A DNA stretch of 64,000 nucleotides from an uncultured Thermoplasmata archaeon. Its GTDB lineage: Archaea > Thermoplasmatota > Thermoplasmata > UBA10834. Made by a program: the position numbers and the translations under genes. Location: the NCBI GenBank assembly GCA_963719945.1, contig CAVRDX010000004.1, forward strand, positions 1-64,000. Direction: 5' to 3'. The notes under the pieces are model-generated. The model searched no databases. It worked only from the letters and a program-made list of their open reading frames with translations, and was not told the origin of the DNA. Below, piece by piece: positions 40,004-49,788 of the stretch. Numbering within the stretch: position 1 is the stretch's first letter; the number at the start of each line of letters is the position of its first letter.

Positions 40004-42226
40004 ATGGTGAAGAAGCAAGCGGATGGGATCACCCTTCGGGTCGCGAGAGCACACCACCAATCCGAAGTGGGCCTCGGAAGAGCTCGAATAGACACCTTGA
40101 CAAGGAAGGACCTCTCAGTCGATGTTGGAGAGATCATCGAGATCGTCGGCAAGAAGAGGACGGCGGCGAAGGTGTTCAGGGCAGCTCATGAAGACGAGGG
40201 CAAAGGGATCATCAGAATCGATGGCATGATACGCGGGAACGCAGCGGTATCCATAGGCGAGAACGTCGTCGTGCAGAAAGCCGATGCTCAGCCGGCCCAG
40301 AAGATAGTGGTCGCTCCCAAAATACCTCATGGAAAGCGCGTCAGATTCGGCCAAGGTGTCGAAGGATTGTTCAAGAAGGGGCTGCTCAACCGGGCCGTAA
40401 TCAAGGGTGACGAGATCATCATCCCCAATATCGCTCTGATGGGAGGTTTTCTCCCCTTCATGGTCGCATCGACGGCACCCAATGGGATAGTCCAAGTGAC
40501 TGAGCAGACGGAACTGTCTGTGAAGACCGAGCCGATTGAGATCACCGACCTCGCCCGCCCCTCTGTCACCTATGAGGACATAGGAGGGCTGGAGGGGGAA
40601 TTGGAGAGAATCCGGGAGATGATCGAGCTCCCGCTGAAACATCCAGAGGTATTCACAAGGCTTGGCATCGACCCGCCTAAAGGAGTTCTCCTCTATGGAC
40701 CGCCAGGCACTGGCAAGACATTGATTGCAAGAGCTGTGGCGAATGAGGCAGGGGCCAATTTCTTCTCGATACAGGGACCGGAGATAATGTCCAAATTCTA
40801 TGGTCAGAGCGAAGAGAAACTCAGAGAGATATTCGCTGAGGCGGAGAAGAACGCTCCATCCGTGATCTTCATCGATGAGCTGGATTCGATCGCCCCTAGG
40901 AGGGACGAAGTCCAAGGAGAGGTCGAGAGGAGAGTCGTCGCTCAGCTCCTGACCTTGATGGACGGGCTCACGAGCAGAGGTAATGTCATAGTGATTGCAG
41001 CAACAAACAGGGAGGATGCAATCGATCCTGCCCTGAGAAGACCTGGAAGATTCGATAGAGAGATCGAGATCGGAGTACCTTCCACGGCTGGACGTCAGGA
41101 GATAATGCAGATCCATACGAGGGGAATGCCCATCGATGAGACTGTCAATCTGGACCACATCGGAGAGATGACCCATGGCTTCGCAGGCGCGGATCTGGCC
41201 GCACTTGCTCGTGAAGCTGCCATGCGATGTCTGCGGAGATACCTGCCCGATATCGATCTTGGAAAGCCTATTCCCGCAGAGATACTCGAGAAGATGAAGG
41301 TGACGGGACAGGATTTCGCGGATGCCAAACGAGACATAGAGCCAAGCGCCATGCGCGAAGTGTTGATCGAGATACCGAACGTCACATGGGAGGATGTCGG
41401 AGGACTCGATGATGTGAAGAAGGAGCTGCACGAGGCCATCGAGCTGCCCATCGAAGATCCAGAGTCGTTCAAGAGACTGGGTATCAGACCGCCTAAAGGG
41501 GTGCTTCTGTTCGGCGCTCCAGGAACTGGAAAAACCCTGATTGCACGTGCGATCGCGAACATGTCCAACACGAATTTCATATCCATAAAAGGCCCAGAGG
41601 TCATGTCCAAATGGGTCGGTGAGAGCGAAAAGGCCGTTAGGATGATATTCAAGAAGGCGAAGCAGGTCTCACCGAGCATCGTCTTCTTCGACGAGATCGA
41701 TGCGATCGCTCCGAGGAGAGGAAGCCACAACGATTCGGGAGCCACGGAGAGAATCGTGAACCAACTGCTCACATCCATGGATGGGCTGGAGGATATGGAG
41801 AACGTCTTCGTCATAGGAGCGACCAACCGGCCAGACATGATCGACCCCGCACTCCTGAGGCCAGGCAGGTTCGACAAACTGCTCCTGATCCCGATACCGG
41901 ATGAGAAGGCTCGGAGAAAGATACTCGAGGTCCATACGAAGAACATGCCTCTCGAGGGCGTCGACCTGGCCCCAGTCGCGAAGCGGTTGGAGGGGTTCGT
42001 AGGCGCGGACATCGAGAATCTCTGCAGGGAGGCGGCACTCGTTGCGCTCCGGGAGGACAAGAAAGCGGACAAAGTCCGCTTAGAACACTTCGAGAAGGCG
42101 TTGACCACTGTCAGGGCGTCGACCAGCCCAGAGACGGTCAAGTTCTACGAGTCGCAGGCCCAGGAGATAAAGACCGCAATGTCTAAGAAGAGAAAAGATG
42201 ATAATGGGCTTGGCTACTACAGATAG
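40004..42226 (+). CDS. cdc48: Cdc48/VAT AAA+ ATPase
   Basis: N domain, two AAA modules ([16 protein letters not shown]), RPGRFD, C-terminal YYR. Confidence 0.97.
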   Translation: MVKKQADGITLRVARAHHQSEVGLGRARIDTLTRKDLSVDVGEIIEIVGKKRTAAKVFRAAHEDEGKGIIRIDGMIRGNAAVSIGENVVVQKADAQPAQKIVVAPKIPHGKRVRFGQGVEGLFKKGLLNRAVIKGDEIIIPNIALMGGFLPFMVASTAPNGIVQVTEQTELSVKTEPIEITDLARPSVTYEDIGGLEGELERIREMIELPLKHPEVFTRLGIDPPKGVLLYGPPGTGKTLIARAVANEAGANFFSIQGPEIMSKFYGQSEEKLREIFAEAEKNAPSVIFIDELDSIAPRRDEVQGEVERRVVAQLLTLMDGLTSRGNVIVIAATNREDAIDPALRRPGRFDREIEIGVPSTAGRQEIMQIHTRGMPIDETVNLDHIGEMTHGFAGADLAALAREAAMRCLRRYLPDIDLGKPIPAEILEKMKVTGQDFADAKRDIEPSAMREVLIEIPNVTWEDVGGLDDVKKELHEAIELPIEDPESFKRLGIRPPKGVLLFGAPGTGKTLIARAIANMSNTNFISIKGPEVMSKWVGESEKAVRMIFKKAKQVSPSIVFFDEIDAIAPRRGSHNDSGATERIVNQLLTSMDGLEDMENVFVIGATNRPDMIDPALLRPGRFDKLLLIPIPDEKARRKILEVHTKNMPLEGVDLAPVAKRLEGFVGADIENLCREAALVALREDKKADKVRLEHFEKALTTVRASTSPETVKFYESQAQEIKTAMSKKRKDDNGLGYYR

Positions 42227-42237
42227 CCGGAGATGGG

Positions 42238-42483
42238 ATGTCGATGCGCAAATTCATAACCGAGCTCAAGGGCAAAACGGTAATGACAAACGATGGCCAG
42301 ATACTCGGCATGATTGAGAACTTCATGATAGACACGAAGACTGGTGAGCTTCAGAATGTTCTCGTGATCCCTGCGGAAGAGATCGAACCGAGATTGTTCA
42401 AGACCGATGCCCAGGGAAGACTCGTGCTTCCGTTCAGCGAGATGAAAGCTGTCCGCGATGTCGTCGTGATGAACATCGCGTAA
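42238..42483 (+). CDS. PRC-barrel protein (CdpB-like)
   Basis: LKGKTVMTNDGQILG...IDTKTG...KAVRDVVV. Confidence 0.82.
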   Translation: MSMRKFITELKGKTVMTNDGQILGMIENFMIDTKTGELQNVLVIPAEEIEPRLFKTDAQGRLVLPFSEMKAVRDVVVMNIA

Positions 42484-42544
42484 GCAATTTCTGACCGAAA
42501 GGGTTGGCTGAGGGAATCTTGAAGGTTCAGCGAGAGCGCTGAGA

Positions 42545-45130
42545 TCACTTCTTCAGAGCCTGCCTCTTCGCGCGCATGATACGTGATATAAGTTCGGATT
42601 TGGTTCCCCTGGAACTTATCCCGAACGCATCGCATATGGCCTCCAACTCGGTCTTCCGCTTCTTTCGGAGGTTCTTCTGTGTCAGCTCGGCCATGTCGAG
42701 AGAGGATACATCGATACCTCCGACGATTTCCAGCTGCGGAGGATGGACGGGATCCTCGGTCGCGACCGATCCGCTGACCGGCCTGGAGGGTGCCGACTCC
42801 GCTCTCTTAAGGTTCGAGGATGCGTCCCCGAACTTCGGAGCCAATCTCAGCGCTTCCTTCAGGGAGACCTGGGCTGCATCCATCTTGGACATGCGCATGA
42901 GCACGATGCCTTTGTTGTTGTATCCCTCAGGTGTCTCGGCCAATCTGATGGATTGCTCGAATGAGCTGAGCGCTTCCGAAAGCATGTCCAATGTCAACTG
43001 AGCGAAACCTTTGTTCGTCATCGCGACAGTGGATGGGGCTATGAGCAAGGATTCGTCGAAGCATGCGACAGCCTCCCTCATCCTGTCCCTCTTGTAGAGT
43101 ATGCAACCCCTGTTGTTCCAAGCAGCTGGATTGCTCTTCCTGTGCTTGATGGCCCGGTCGACCTCAAGGCTCGCCTTCTCGAACTCGCCTTTCTTCAATA
43201 TGACGACACCCAGATTGTTGCGAGCCTCCGATCTATCCAAAGGCAAAGCAGCGGCGCGTTCGAACGCCTCAGCAGCACCATCTAGATCGTCACATTCGAG
43301 TTTGGTAAGGCCGCGATAATTGAGCAGCATTGCGAGGTTCTCAGCTGCAAGGGCGTCATCTATTTCCTCTATCGCCTTTGCAGGGTCGCCACTGTGACGG
43401 GCTTCGATGGCAGCCAATGCGTAGCCTTGCCATCCCGTGGAAGAGCCCCGGAGCGCCTCGCTAAGCTTGTGGACCTTCTCCCATTCGCCCACCTCCATGA
43501 GCGCATTGTGCAAATTCATCAATGCAGGGACGTATGACCCGTCGACCGATACAGCGTGTTCGTACGATCTTATTGCGGCCTCGATCTTCCCCTGTCGGAA
43601 GAGGACGTTTCCAGCGGCGGTAAGCAGGCTTGGGTCCTCGCCCTCCAACCGGAGGGATTTACCCAGGAATTCGAACGCTTCCTCATACCTGCCGAGGAGC
43701 AGGAGGAGCTGGGCACGGTCGCCGTAGAGTTCCTCCGCAAGCTGCTCAACCTTGGGTTCCTGGACACGAACGACCACATCCTCGGCCATAACTGGTGTAG
43801 GTGTCTCCGGCACGACTTTGACAGGAATCTCTGAAGCTGTCGAGAAGATATCTTCAACGATCCTGGGCACTTCAACGAATTGCTCGGCAATCTTCTGCTT
43901 CACTTCCCCAAGTGCCTTCCTGGCATCGATATAGTCCGGGTCGAGCTGAAGGGACTGCTCGAATGCTGAATTGGCCTGTGTGACTTTGCCGAGCTTCTTG
44001 GAGACCATTCCCCGGAGATACCAACCCTTGGGGTACTCCGGCCTGAATCTCGTGACTTGCGTGAATGATTCGAGGGCTTCCTCGTATCGTCCTATCGTAT
44101 ACAGCAGGTTGCCTTTGTTGATCCACGCCTCGACATAATCATGTTTGAGCTCGAGCGCACGGTCGTATGATTCAAGAGCTTCGGTCTGCCTGTTGAGCGC
44201 GTGAAGGGTGGCTCCCTTATTGTTATGGACCTTCTCCAGGCGATAGTTGATCTTGAGCACCTTGTCGTATGTGACCAGTGCCTCCTGGTATCGTCCCAGT
44301 CTGTGCAGGGTGGATCCTTTGTTGATCAAGGCCTTCTGCATCATAGGGTTGTAGAACAGGGCCTTGTCGTAGCACATTATCTCTTCGGTGTATCTGGAAA
44401 GCGCGAAGAAACAGTTGCCGAGGGCGAACCAGGTCTCATCGCTCTCTGGCAGGAGTTCCAAAGCGTGCTTGTAACACTCGAGCGCCTGCTCGTGGTATCC
44501 CATCTCATCCAGAGTAACTCCCTTGAGTCGCCAGGGCACATCGTAGTTCTCATCAACCAGTATGGCGAGGTCGAACGCCTCAAGAGCGCGCATGAAATCC
44601 TTGCCCGCAAGTGCGTCGTATCCCGCCTTCATCGCATCCTCGAGCCTTTCTCCGGAGATGGCCGGGCGTTCGACCACGACCTCCTCGGGTATCGAGGATG
44701 TGATTTGCAGGACCTCCTTGTCCAGGTCGAATCTGCGGAGTATGGCAATGAGTTTCGTTCCGTCTGCGAAGCCGATGGAATGCTCACCCATGAGCTCGAC
44801 AGCCTCGCCAAGAATGGAAGCCGTCGTAAACACCAGGGCGGATGATGCCCCCGTCTTCTCCATGTAGGAAATCAAACTCTCAATATCGCCTCTTCCCAAC
44901 GGCTGCTCCCGTCTTGAGAAAAGGACAGCGTACCTGGTATCGTCGGATCGGTGGATGCAATCCGCGATCACGAAAGTCTCCCTGAGTCGGCTCCTGGACA
45001 TCTTTAGCTCCAGATATCCGAGGACCTTCTCCACCAAGTTGCTGAACTCCGGGTCAGGGAGGTTGAGGACCGCGCTGATGATCCTGTCATCTGAGCGTTC
45101 GTCAAGAATCTTATCCAGTTCGACCATCAC
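42545..45130 (-). CDS. TPR protein with N-terminal degenerate Mrr-like domain and C-terminal SAP-like motif
   Basis: Many 34-aa TPRs (W.NKG..L..LGRY.EAL..YD.AL); N-terminal Mrr-like pattern; C-terminal KTELEAICDAFGISSRGTKSELISRI. Confidence 0.8.
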   Translation of the reverse strand: MMVELDKILDERSDDRIISAVLNLPDPEFSNLVEKVLGYLELKMSRSRLRETFVIADCIHRSDDTRYAVLFSRREQPLGRGDIESLISYMEKTGASSALVFTTASILGEAVELMGEHSIGFADGTKLIAILRRFDLDKEVLQITSSIPEEVVVERPAISGERLEDAMKAGYDALAGKDFMRALEAFDLAILVDENYDVPWRLKGVTLDEMGYHEQALECYKHALELLPESDETWFALGNCFFALSRYTEEIMCYDKALFYNPMMQKALINKGSTLHRLGRYQEALVTYDKVLKINYRLEKVHNNKGATLHALNRQTEALESYDRALELKHDYVEAWINKGNLLYTIGRYEEALESFTQVTRFRPEYPKGWYLRGMVSKKLGKVTQANSAFEQSLQLDPDYIDARKALGEVKQKIAEQFVEVPRIVEDIFSTASEIPVKVVPETPTPVMAEDVVVRVQEPKVEQLAEELYGDRAQLLLLLGRYEEAFEFLGKSLRLEGEDPSLLTAAGNVLFRQGKIEAAIRSYEHAVSVDGSYVPALMNLHNALMEVGEWEKVHKLSEALRGSSTGWQGYALAAIEARHSGDPAKAIEEIDDALAAENLAMLLNYRGLTKLECDDLDGAAEAFERAAALPLDRSEARNNLGVVILKKGEFEKASLEVDRAIKHRKSNPAAWNNRGCILYKRDRMREAVACFDESLLIAPSTVAMTNKGFAQLTLDMLSEALSSFEQSIRLAETPEGYNNKGIVLMRMSKMDAAQVSLKEALRLAPKFGDASSNLKRAESAPSRPVSGSVATEDPVHPPQLEIVGGIDVSSLDMAELTQKNLRKKRKTELEAICDAFGISSRGTKSELISRIMRAKRQALKK

Positions 45131-47004
45131 TCATCCCCTCCGCCGAGAGTTTTCAGCCACTTCGCAGCTTCCCTGTTGGTCGAATCCAGCCTTACGGCCT
45201 CCTCGAGACACTTGCGTGCTTCATCCTGCATTCCGATGGCATTCAGTGCGATGCCCTTTCTGCCGAGAGCGTATGAGTCGTCTTGGTCAAGTTCCAGGAA
45301 CCTGTCGTATGCCTCCACCGACCTGCGATGCTTCTCCTTCTCGAACAGGATGTCTGCCTTCAACAGCCATGAATCCTTATCGCGCGGCTCCAGCATGTTA
45401 TACTTGTCCAGGCATTGTATCGCAGCGCCCCAACGACCCATCTCGCGCATCGCTTTAGCCTTTCCTAACCATGCACGTGGATAGTTGCCATTGATCTGCA
45501 AGGCTCTTGAATAGCTCTCATCGGCACCGCTGACCTTGTTGTTCTTGAGCAGCGCGTCGCCCATCAACACCCATGCATCGATCTGCCTTGGATCGAGTGA
45601 TACGGACTTGCTGAAGTACTGAACAGCTGCCCCCCATTTGCCTTCCTTCTCAGCCAGGACGCCTCGCCAATACCACGCGCGGGGATCGTTTCTGTTGTTT
45701 TCGTAGAAAGCGTGTGCGACATGGTCTGCTCGGGCCAGGTCGTTTGTCTTTACAAGGGATTCGATCAGTGTCAATTGTGCATCCACGGAGCCGGGTTCTT
45801 CCTGAAGAATGTGCTCCGCCATCTGTATCGCCGAATCGTAGTTCCCCGATCTGAGCGCTTCCCGAGCAAGTTCGGCAGGATAGGATTCGACTTGGATCCT
45901 CTCTCCTTTCGGTTCCTCAGCGATGTGTATGAAATGCCTCGGAGGCGCTCCAACCGATGTCTCGGCGGATGCCTTCTTCAATTCGTTGATCAGGTCTGTC
46001 ACTTTCTGGTCCAGGTCAGGCGTTCTCGCCATCACCCTCTGACGCTCGGCCACTGAGGCATCCTCAGTCCTGCCCAGCTCGTGCAGAACAACAATGATGT
46101 GATCGTAAGCTTCTATGAATTTTGAGTCCAGAGAAAGCGACCTGTTGAAGCAATCGAGCGCCTCCTGGAGCTTGTTCATGTCCCTGAGAACCCTGCCTTT
46201 GAGGACCCACAATCTCGGTGTCTCCTCAAGCGCCAGGGCGTCATCTATCCGTGCCATGGCATCCATAGGGTTCCCGAGTTCGAGATGAGACTTGGCCAAG
46301 GATTCGACAATCTTCCTGTCGTTGGGGAAATGCTTGAGGGCGTTGGATAGATGCATCTCCGCGTCTGCCCAATCGCCAGCATCGACCGCGAGCATGCCCA
46401 TGTTATAGATCGCTATTGAGCTGAGGTCGTCGGTCTGGGTGACCCGAGCCATGTAATCCCTTGCTCTCGACCTGAGCAGCTTCTTCTTCGAGTCGGCCCA
46501 TTCTTTGGATGCCGTCCTCATCAATATTCCGTGAAATGCGTACCAGTAGACGAGACCCATGCGCAAGTACAAGTCGCTCATGCCCTCGTTGGGATAGAGT
46601 TGCTCCGCCTGCTCCACCTTCCGAATTATAGTAGCGATCGTCTGCGCAGCATCTTCTGTGATCAATATGAAAGGGTGGTCGAACTTGAGAGGGACGCCGA
46701 GGTGCGCCAGTATCGTATTGCATTGTTCGTAGAACCCTTTGAGCTCCTCCCGAGTCATGCCTTCGACACCGGTCTCAGAGACCATCTTCTGCAAATCGAT
46801 TGACGGGATGCATATCGCGTCTGAACAAGAGGTAGGGCCGAGAAGCATCGTGGCGGACCCTTCCGAGCGCATCCTCTGAAAAACGCTCCGGCCAATTAAT
46901 GACGGGTTCAGAAAGAACCGAGGGTCTTCGAAAGAAGCGTCGGCGCATGCATCACAGAGGAGCGGCCCCTCCTCGCACATGCAACCACATCTGAGACAAG
47001 CCAC
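45127..47004 (-). CDS. TPR protein with N-terminal CxxC...CxxC Zn ribbon
   Basis: CLRC-x-LCDAC; TPR arrays; 4-bp overlap with the downstream TPR gene. Confidence 0.8.
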   Translation of the reverse strand: MACLRCGCMCEEGPLLCDACADASFEDPRFFLNPSLIGRSVFQRMRSEGSATMLLGPTSCSDAICIPSIDLQKMVSETGVEGMTREELKGFYEQCNTILAHLGVPLKFDHPFILITEDAAQTIATIIRKVEQAEQLYPNEGMSDLYLRMGLVYWYAFHGILMRTASKEWADSKKKLLRSRARDYMARVTQTDDLSSIAIYNMGMLAVDAGDWADAEMHLSNALKHFPNDRKIVESLAKSHLELGNPMDAMARIDDALALEETPRLWVLKGRVLRDMNKLQEALDCFNRSLSLDSKFIEAYDHIIVVLHELGRTEDASVAERQRVMARTPDLDQKVTDLINELKKASAETSVGAPPRHFIHIAEEPKGERIQVESYPAELAREALRSGNYDSAIQMAEHILQEEPGSVDAQLTLIESLVKTNDLARADHVAHAFYENNRNDPRAWYWRGVLAEKEGKWGAAVQYFSKSVSLDPRQIDAWVLMGDALLKNNKVSGADESYSRALQINGNYPRAWLGKAKAMREMGRWGAAIQCLDKYNMLEPRDKDSWLLKADILFEKEKHRRSVEAYDRFLELDQDDSYALGRKGIALNAIGMQDEARKCLEEAVRLDSTNREAAKWLKTLGGGDE

Positions 47005-47072
47005 GCATTACCTCCTCATTATGCGATATGGGTCTAGTAATATAATCATAACGTTCTCGCTTTCATCTGCGT

Positions 47073-48638
47073 TCAGCACAATGGCCTAGACATATAATGC
47101 CCTTTCCTGTCGTATCCGAGCCCTCTATAATATCCTCTGGCACCGACTCCGCTCGTCACGAGCAGCTCGTCGTACCCACTTCCGGATGCAATTGTCTCGC
47201 ATTCTCGAAGTAGGCTCTCACCCAACCCTCTGTGCTGCCATCGATCTCCCGACTCCATACCGATGGGAACCATTTGACCATAGACATGGAGTTCTCTTAC
47301 TAGGGCGTGGTTACTATATCCGTCGGATGGAAATCTCAACCGGGCATAGCCGACCAGAGCGTCTATTGATGGCAGCTCGTACGAAATGAAGAATTCCCTA
47401 CCGCGTGACGCGGAATATTCGATCTTTTTGAGTACTGGGACTTCATCGCTGGTCGCCTGGCCTCTCATGTTCACGTGGCCAATCTCTCGACATCTGATAC
47501 ACCGACATCGCGAATCTTCTGAGGAGAGCCTCTCATGAACAAGTTCCCTGAGATGGCTCTTCTTTATCCCGGCCTCTATCAGCTGGACCGGTATGTCCCG
47601 TTGAATCCTCAGGATCCTCACCCATGGAGGGATTTGCCTCTTCACCTCGGAGAGCATCCTTGTGCCATCCTCAATCGAAAACGGTGAATATTCGCCCGAG
47701 GTCCAGAGATCATACAGGTCTGTCCCCTTGACGACAAGAGTCGGGTATATCTTCAGCATATCTGGCCTGAACCTATCATCCTCGAATAAACGCTTGAATG
47801 ATTCGATGTCCTTTTCGAAATTGCTCCCTGGAAGGCCAGGCATCATGTGATAGCATATCTTGAGACCAGCATCCCTAGCCCTCTCCGTGGCATCGACGAC
47901 CTCACGAACGCCATGCCCTCTTTTGACCCCGATCAACACATCATCATCGAGGATCTGTACTCCGAACTCGACCTTGGTCGCACCGAGACGCATGGACCTG
48001 TCCAACTGTTCCTTGTTGAACCAATCTGGTCGGGTCTCGACGGTGAGACCCACACATCTCGATTCGGCGGTCTCGTTCAACTCATGAGATGCCAGGATAT
48101 CGTCGGAATCACGGCCGTTCATGGCATCGAAACACCTTTTGACGAACCATTCCTGATACTCGGATGGTCGCGATGTGAAGGTGCCGCCCATGATTATGAG
48201 ATCGACTTTGTCCGTCCGGTGACCGATCGCCCTGAACTGCTTCAATCTGGCCTCGGTCTGTCTGAAAGGATCGAACTCGTTCATCGTTGCCCTGAGTGCA
48301 GCCGGCTCCCTGCCAGTGTAGGACTGAGGGCTGTTGTTTGAGACCCCGCCAGGACAGTACGAGCATCGTCCGTGCGGACAGTCGAAAGGACTGGTCATGA
48401 CAGCAACAGGGGCGACGCCGCTAAGCGTTCTGACGGGTTTATTTTTGAGAAGTGGCTCGACGAGGTCCCTCAACTCGTCAGGAACATGCTCCAGAATCTC
48501 GTGATTTGTTGGAACCCTCGAGAGGCCGTGAAGCTTGCAGAGCTCGGTCTTCAGCTTCATTATGCCCTTGCGGTCGCTGACCGCCCCTGATATTATCGCC
48601 TCGATGAACTCCTCGTAATAGTCCACGTCAAGCTTCAC
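47073..48638 (-). CDS. elp3: Elp3 radical SAM / acetyltransferase tRNA U34 modification enzyme
   Basis: RTLSGVAPVAVM, CPHGRCSYCPGG, ETRPD, LKIYPT, RELHVYG, QHRGLG. Confidence 0.96.
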   Translation of the reverse strand: MKLDVDYYEEFIEAIISGAVSDRKGIMKLKTELCKLHGLSRVPTNHEILEHVPDELRDLVEPLLKNKPVRTLSGVAPVAVMTSPFDCPHGRCSYCPGGVSNNSPQSYTGREPAALRATMNEFDPFRQTEARLKQFRAIGHRTDKVDLIIMGGTFTSRPSEYQEWFVKRCFDAMNGRDSDDILASHELNETAESRCVGLTVETRPDWFNKEQLDRSMRLGATKVEFGVQILDDDVLIGVKRGHGVREVVDATERARDAGLKICYHMMPGLPGSNFEKDIESFKRLFEDDRFRPDMLKIYPTLVVKGTDLYDLWTSGEYSPFSIEDGTRMLSEVKRQIPPWVRILRIQRDIPVQLIEAGIKKSHLRELVHERLSSEDSRCRCIRCREIGHVNMRGQATSDEVPVLKKIEYSASRGREFFISYELPSIDALVGYARLRFPSDGYSNHALVRELHVYGQMVPIGMESGDRWQHRGLGESLLRECETIASGSGYDELLVTSGVGARGYYRGLGYDRKGHYMSRPLC

Positions 48639-48684
48639 AACGGAGTCATCATATCTATTTATCGGACGATGAGTCGAATCGCCA

Positions 48685-48984
48685 TCAAAGGAACATCATA
48701 TCTTCATGGATGTCAGAGGGGTCGTCTCCGGTCTTGGGTCTCTTCCCCTTGGGAGCTATCTGCACATCCGACATCAGAAGCCTGATGTATGTCTTATCAG
48801 GAAGATGATCCAGTGATATGACGCCTTTGAGAACCAGAGACTTGAGATTGCGGTCCAGCGTGTCCGGACGCATGCGAAGCTCGTCTCGGACCTCCTCTAC
48901 GGTGACGGGATACCAATCCTGCAGTATCTTGACTATCTTCGTCTCGAACTGGTTCAATTTGACTATCATGAACTTCAGAGTCAC
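48685..48984 (-). CDS. Small winged-helix protein
   Basis: PVTVEEVRDEL...LDRNLKSLVLKG...YIRL. Confidence 0.72.
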   Translation of the reverse strand: MTLKFMIVKLNQFETKIVKILQDWYPVTVEEVRDELRMRPDTLDRNLKSLVLKGVISLDHLPDKTYIRLLMSDVQIAPKGKRPKTGDDPSDIHEDMMFL

Positions 48985-49268
48985 CCGAAGTAGACCGCGT
49001 TGCTGTCCTTATCCTTGACTTCCTCTTCCTTCTCGGCTTTGAGGACGTCTATGGATATGATCATGTGAGAGGGAATCAGTCTCATGAACTTCTCCTTGCT
49101 CTCACCAGAGGTCTTCTCCACCTCCATCACCAAAGCTGTATCGTGCGCGAGGGCGGCGTATCCCTTGAACACACCGGTAGTCTCCATCGGCTTCTCCCTG
49201 GATTCCAGACTCTTTATCCTGTACAATGATCCCTGAGTCAACACGATCGTTTCATCTTTTTTTGCCAT
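48981..49268 (-). CDS. Small beta-rich hypothetical protein (possible Sm/SH3-like barrel)
   Basis: Overlaps both neighbours; TGVFKGY...LVME...RLIP..MIISIDV. Confidence 0.7.
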   Translation of the reverse strand: MAKKDETIVLTQGSLYRIKSLESREKPMETTGVFKGYAALAHDTALVMEVEKTSGESKEKFMRLIPSHMIISIDVLKAEKEEEVKDKDSNAVYFG

Positions 49269-49731
49269 GCTTGTCACCCTTCTTGGTCTGGAGCTCCTGT
49301 AGATGGTCTATCGTCTTGCGATAGTTCTCCATCGCGACCTGAACATGGGCTTCCGTGAAATTCCAAGCCTTGCTCAAGTTGCCATATCTTATGCGGTAGC
49401 CCTTCTTCTTCGATCCATCCAGCTGATCGACGTTAATCTCCTCTAGGAGGTCGAACCCTTTCAACTTGTTTATGTGACGGTATACCGTCGCCTTGGTCGT
49501 CCCCAACGCGACCGCCAAGTCCTCGACGACCCACGCTTTGTCCATACGACCGAGGAAGAACTCCATTATCAGACGATATGGGACACTATCCCTGATGTCC
49601 GTGACATCAGTCTTAGGGTCGTAGCCCTTCGGAAAATATCCTATCTGGTTCAGGAATAAGATGGCGACCTCGTCAATGTCGCTCAGCGGGGTCAGTGGGG
49701 TGTTGCTGACGACATTTAGCTCGAAGCTCAT
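49252..49731 (-). CDS. Winged-helix (ArsR-like) protein
   Basis: WVVEDLAVALGTTKATVYRHINKL HTH. Confidence 0.8.
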   Translation of the reverse strand: MSFELNVVSNTPLTPLSDIDEVAILFLNQIGYFPKGYDPKTDVTDIRDSVPYRLIMEFFLGRMDKAWVVEDLAVALGTTKATVYRHINKLKGFDLLEEINVDQLDGSKKKGYRIRYGNLSKAWNFTEAHVQVAMENYRKTIDHLQELQTKKGDKHGKKR

Positions 49732-49788
49732 GTCAGTATGAATCGCATGGATAATACTTAATCCATGTGCTATACCGATTAGTATCTC

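Noticed and set aside
34226-42226. Pyrrolysine readthrough at TAG stops (response regulator, lysS, cdc48)
   Set aside because: Each TAG falls at the expected natural C-terminus; no pyl genes in the window.
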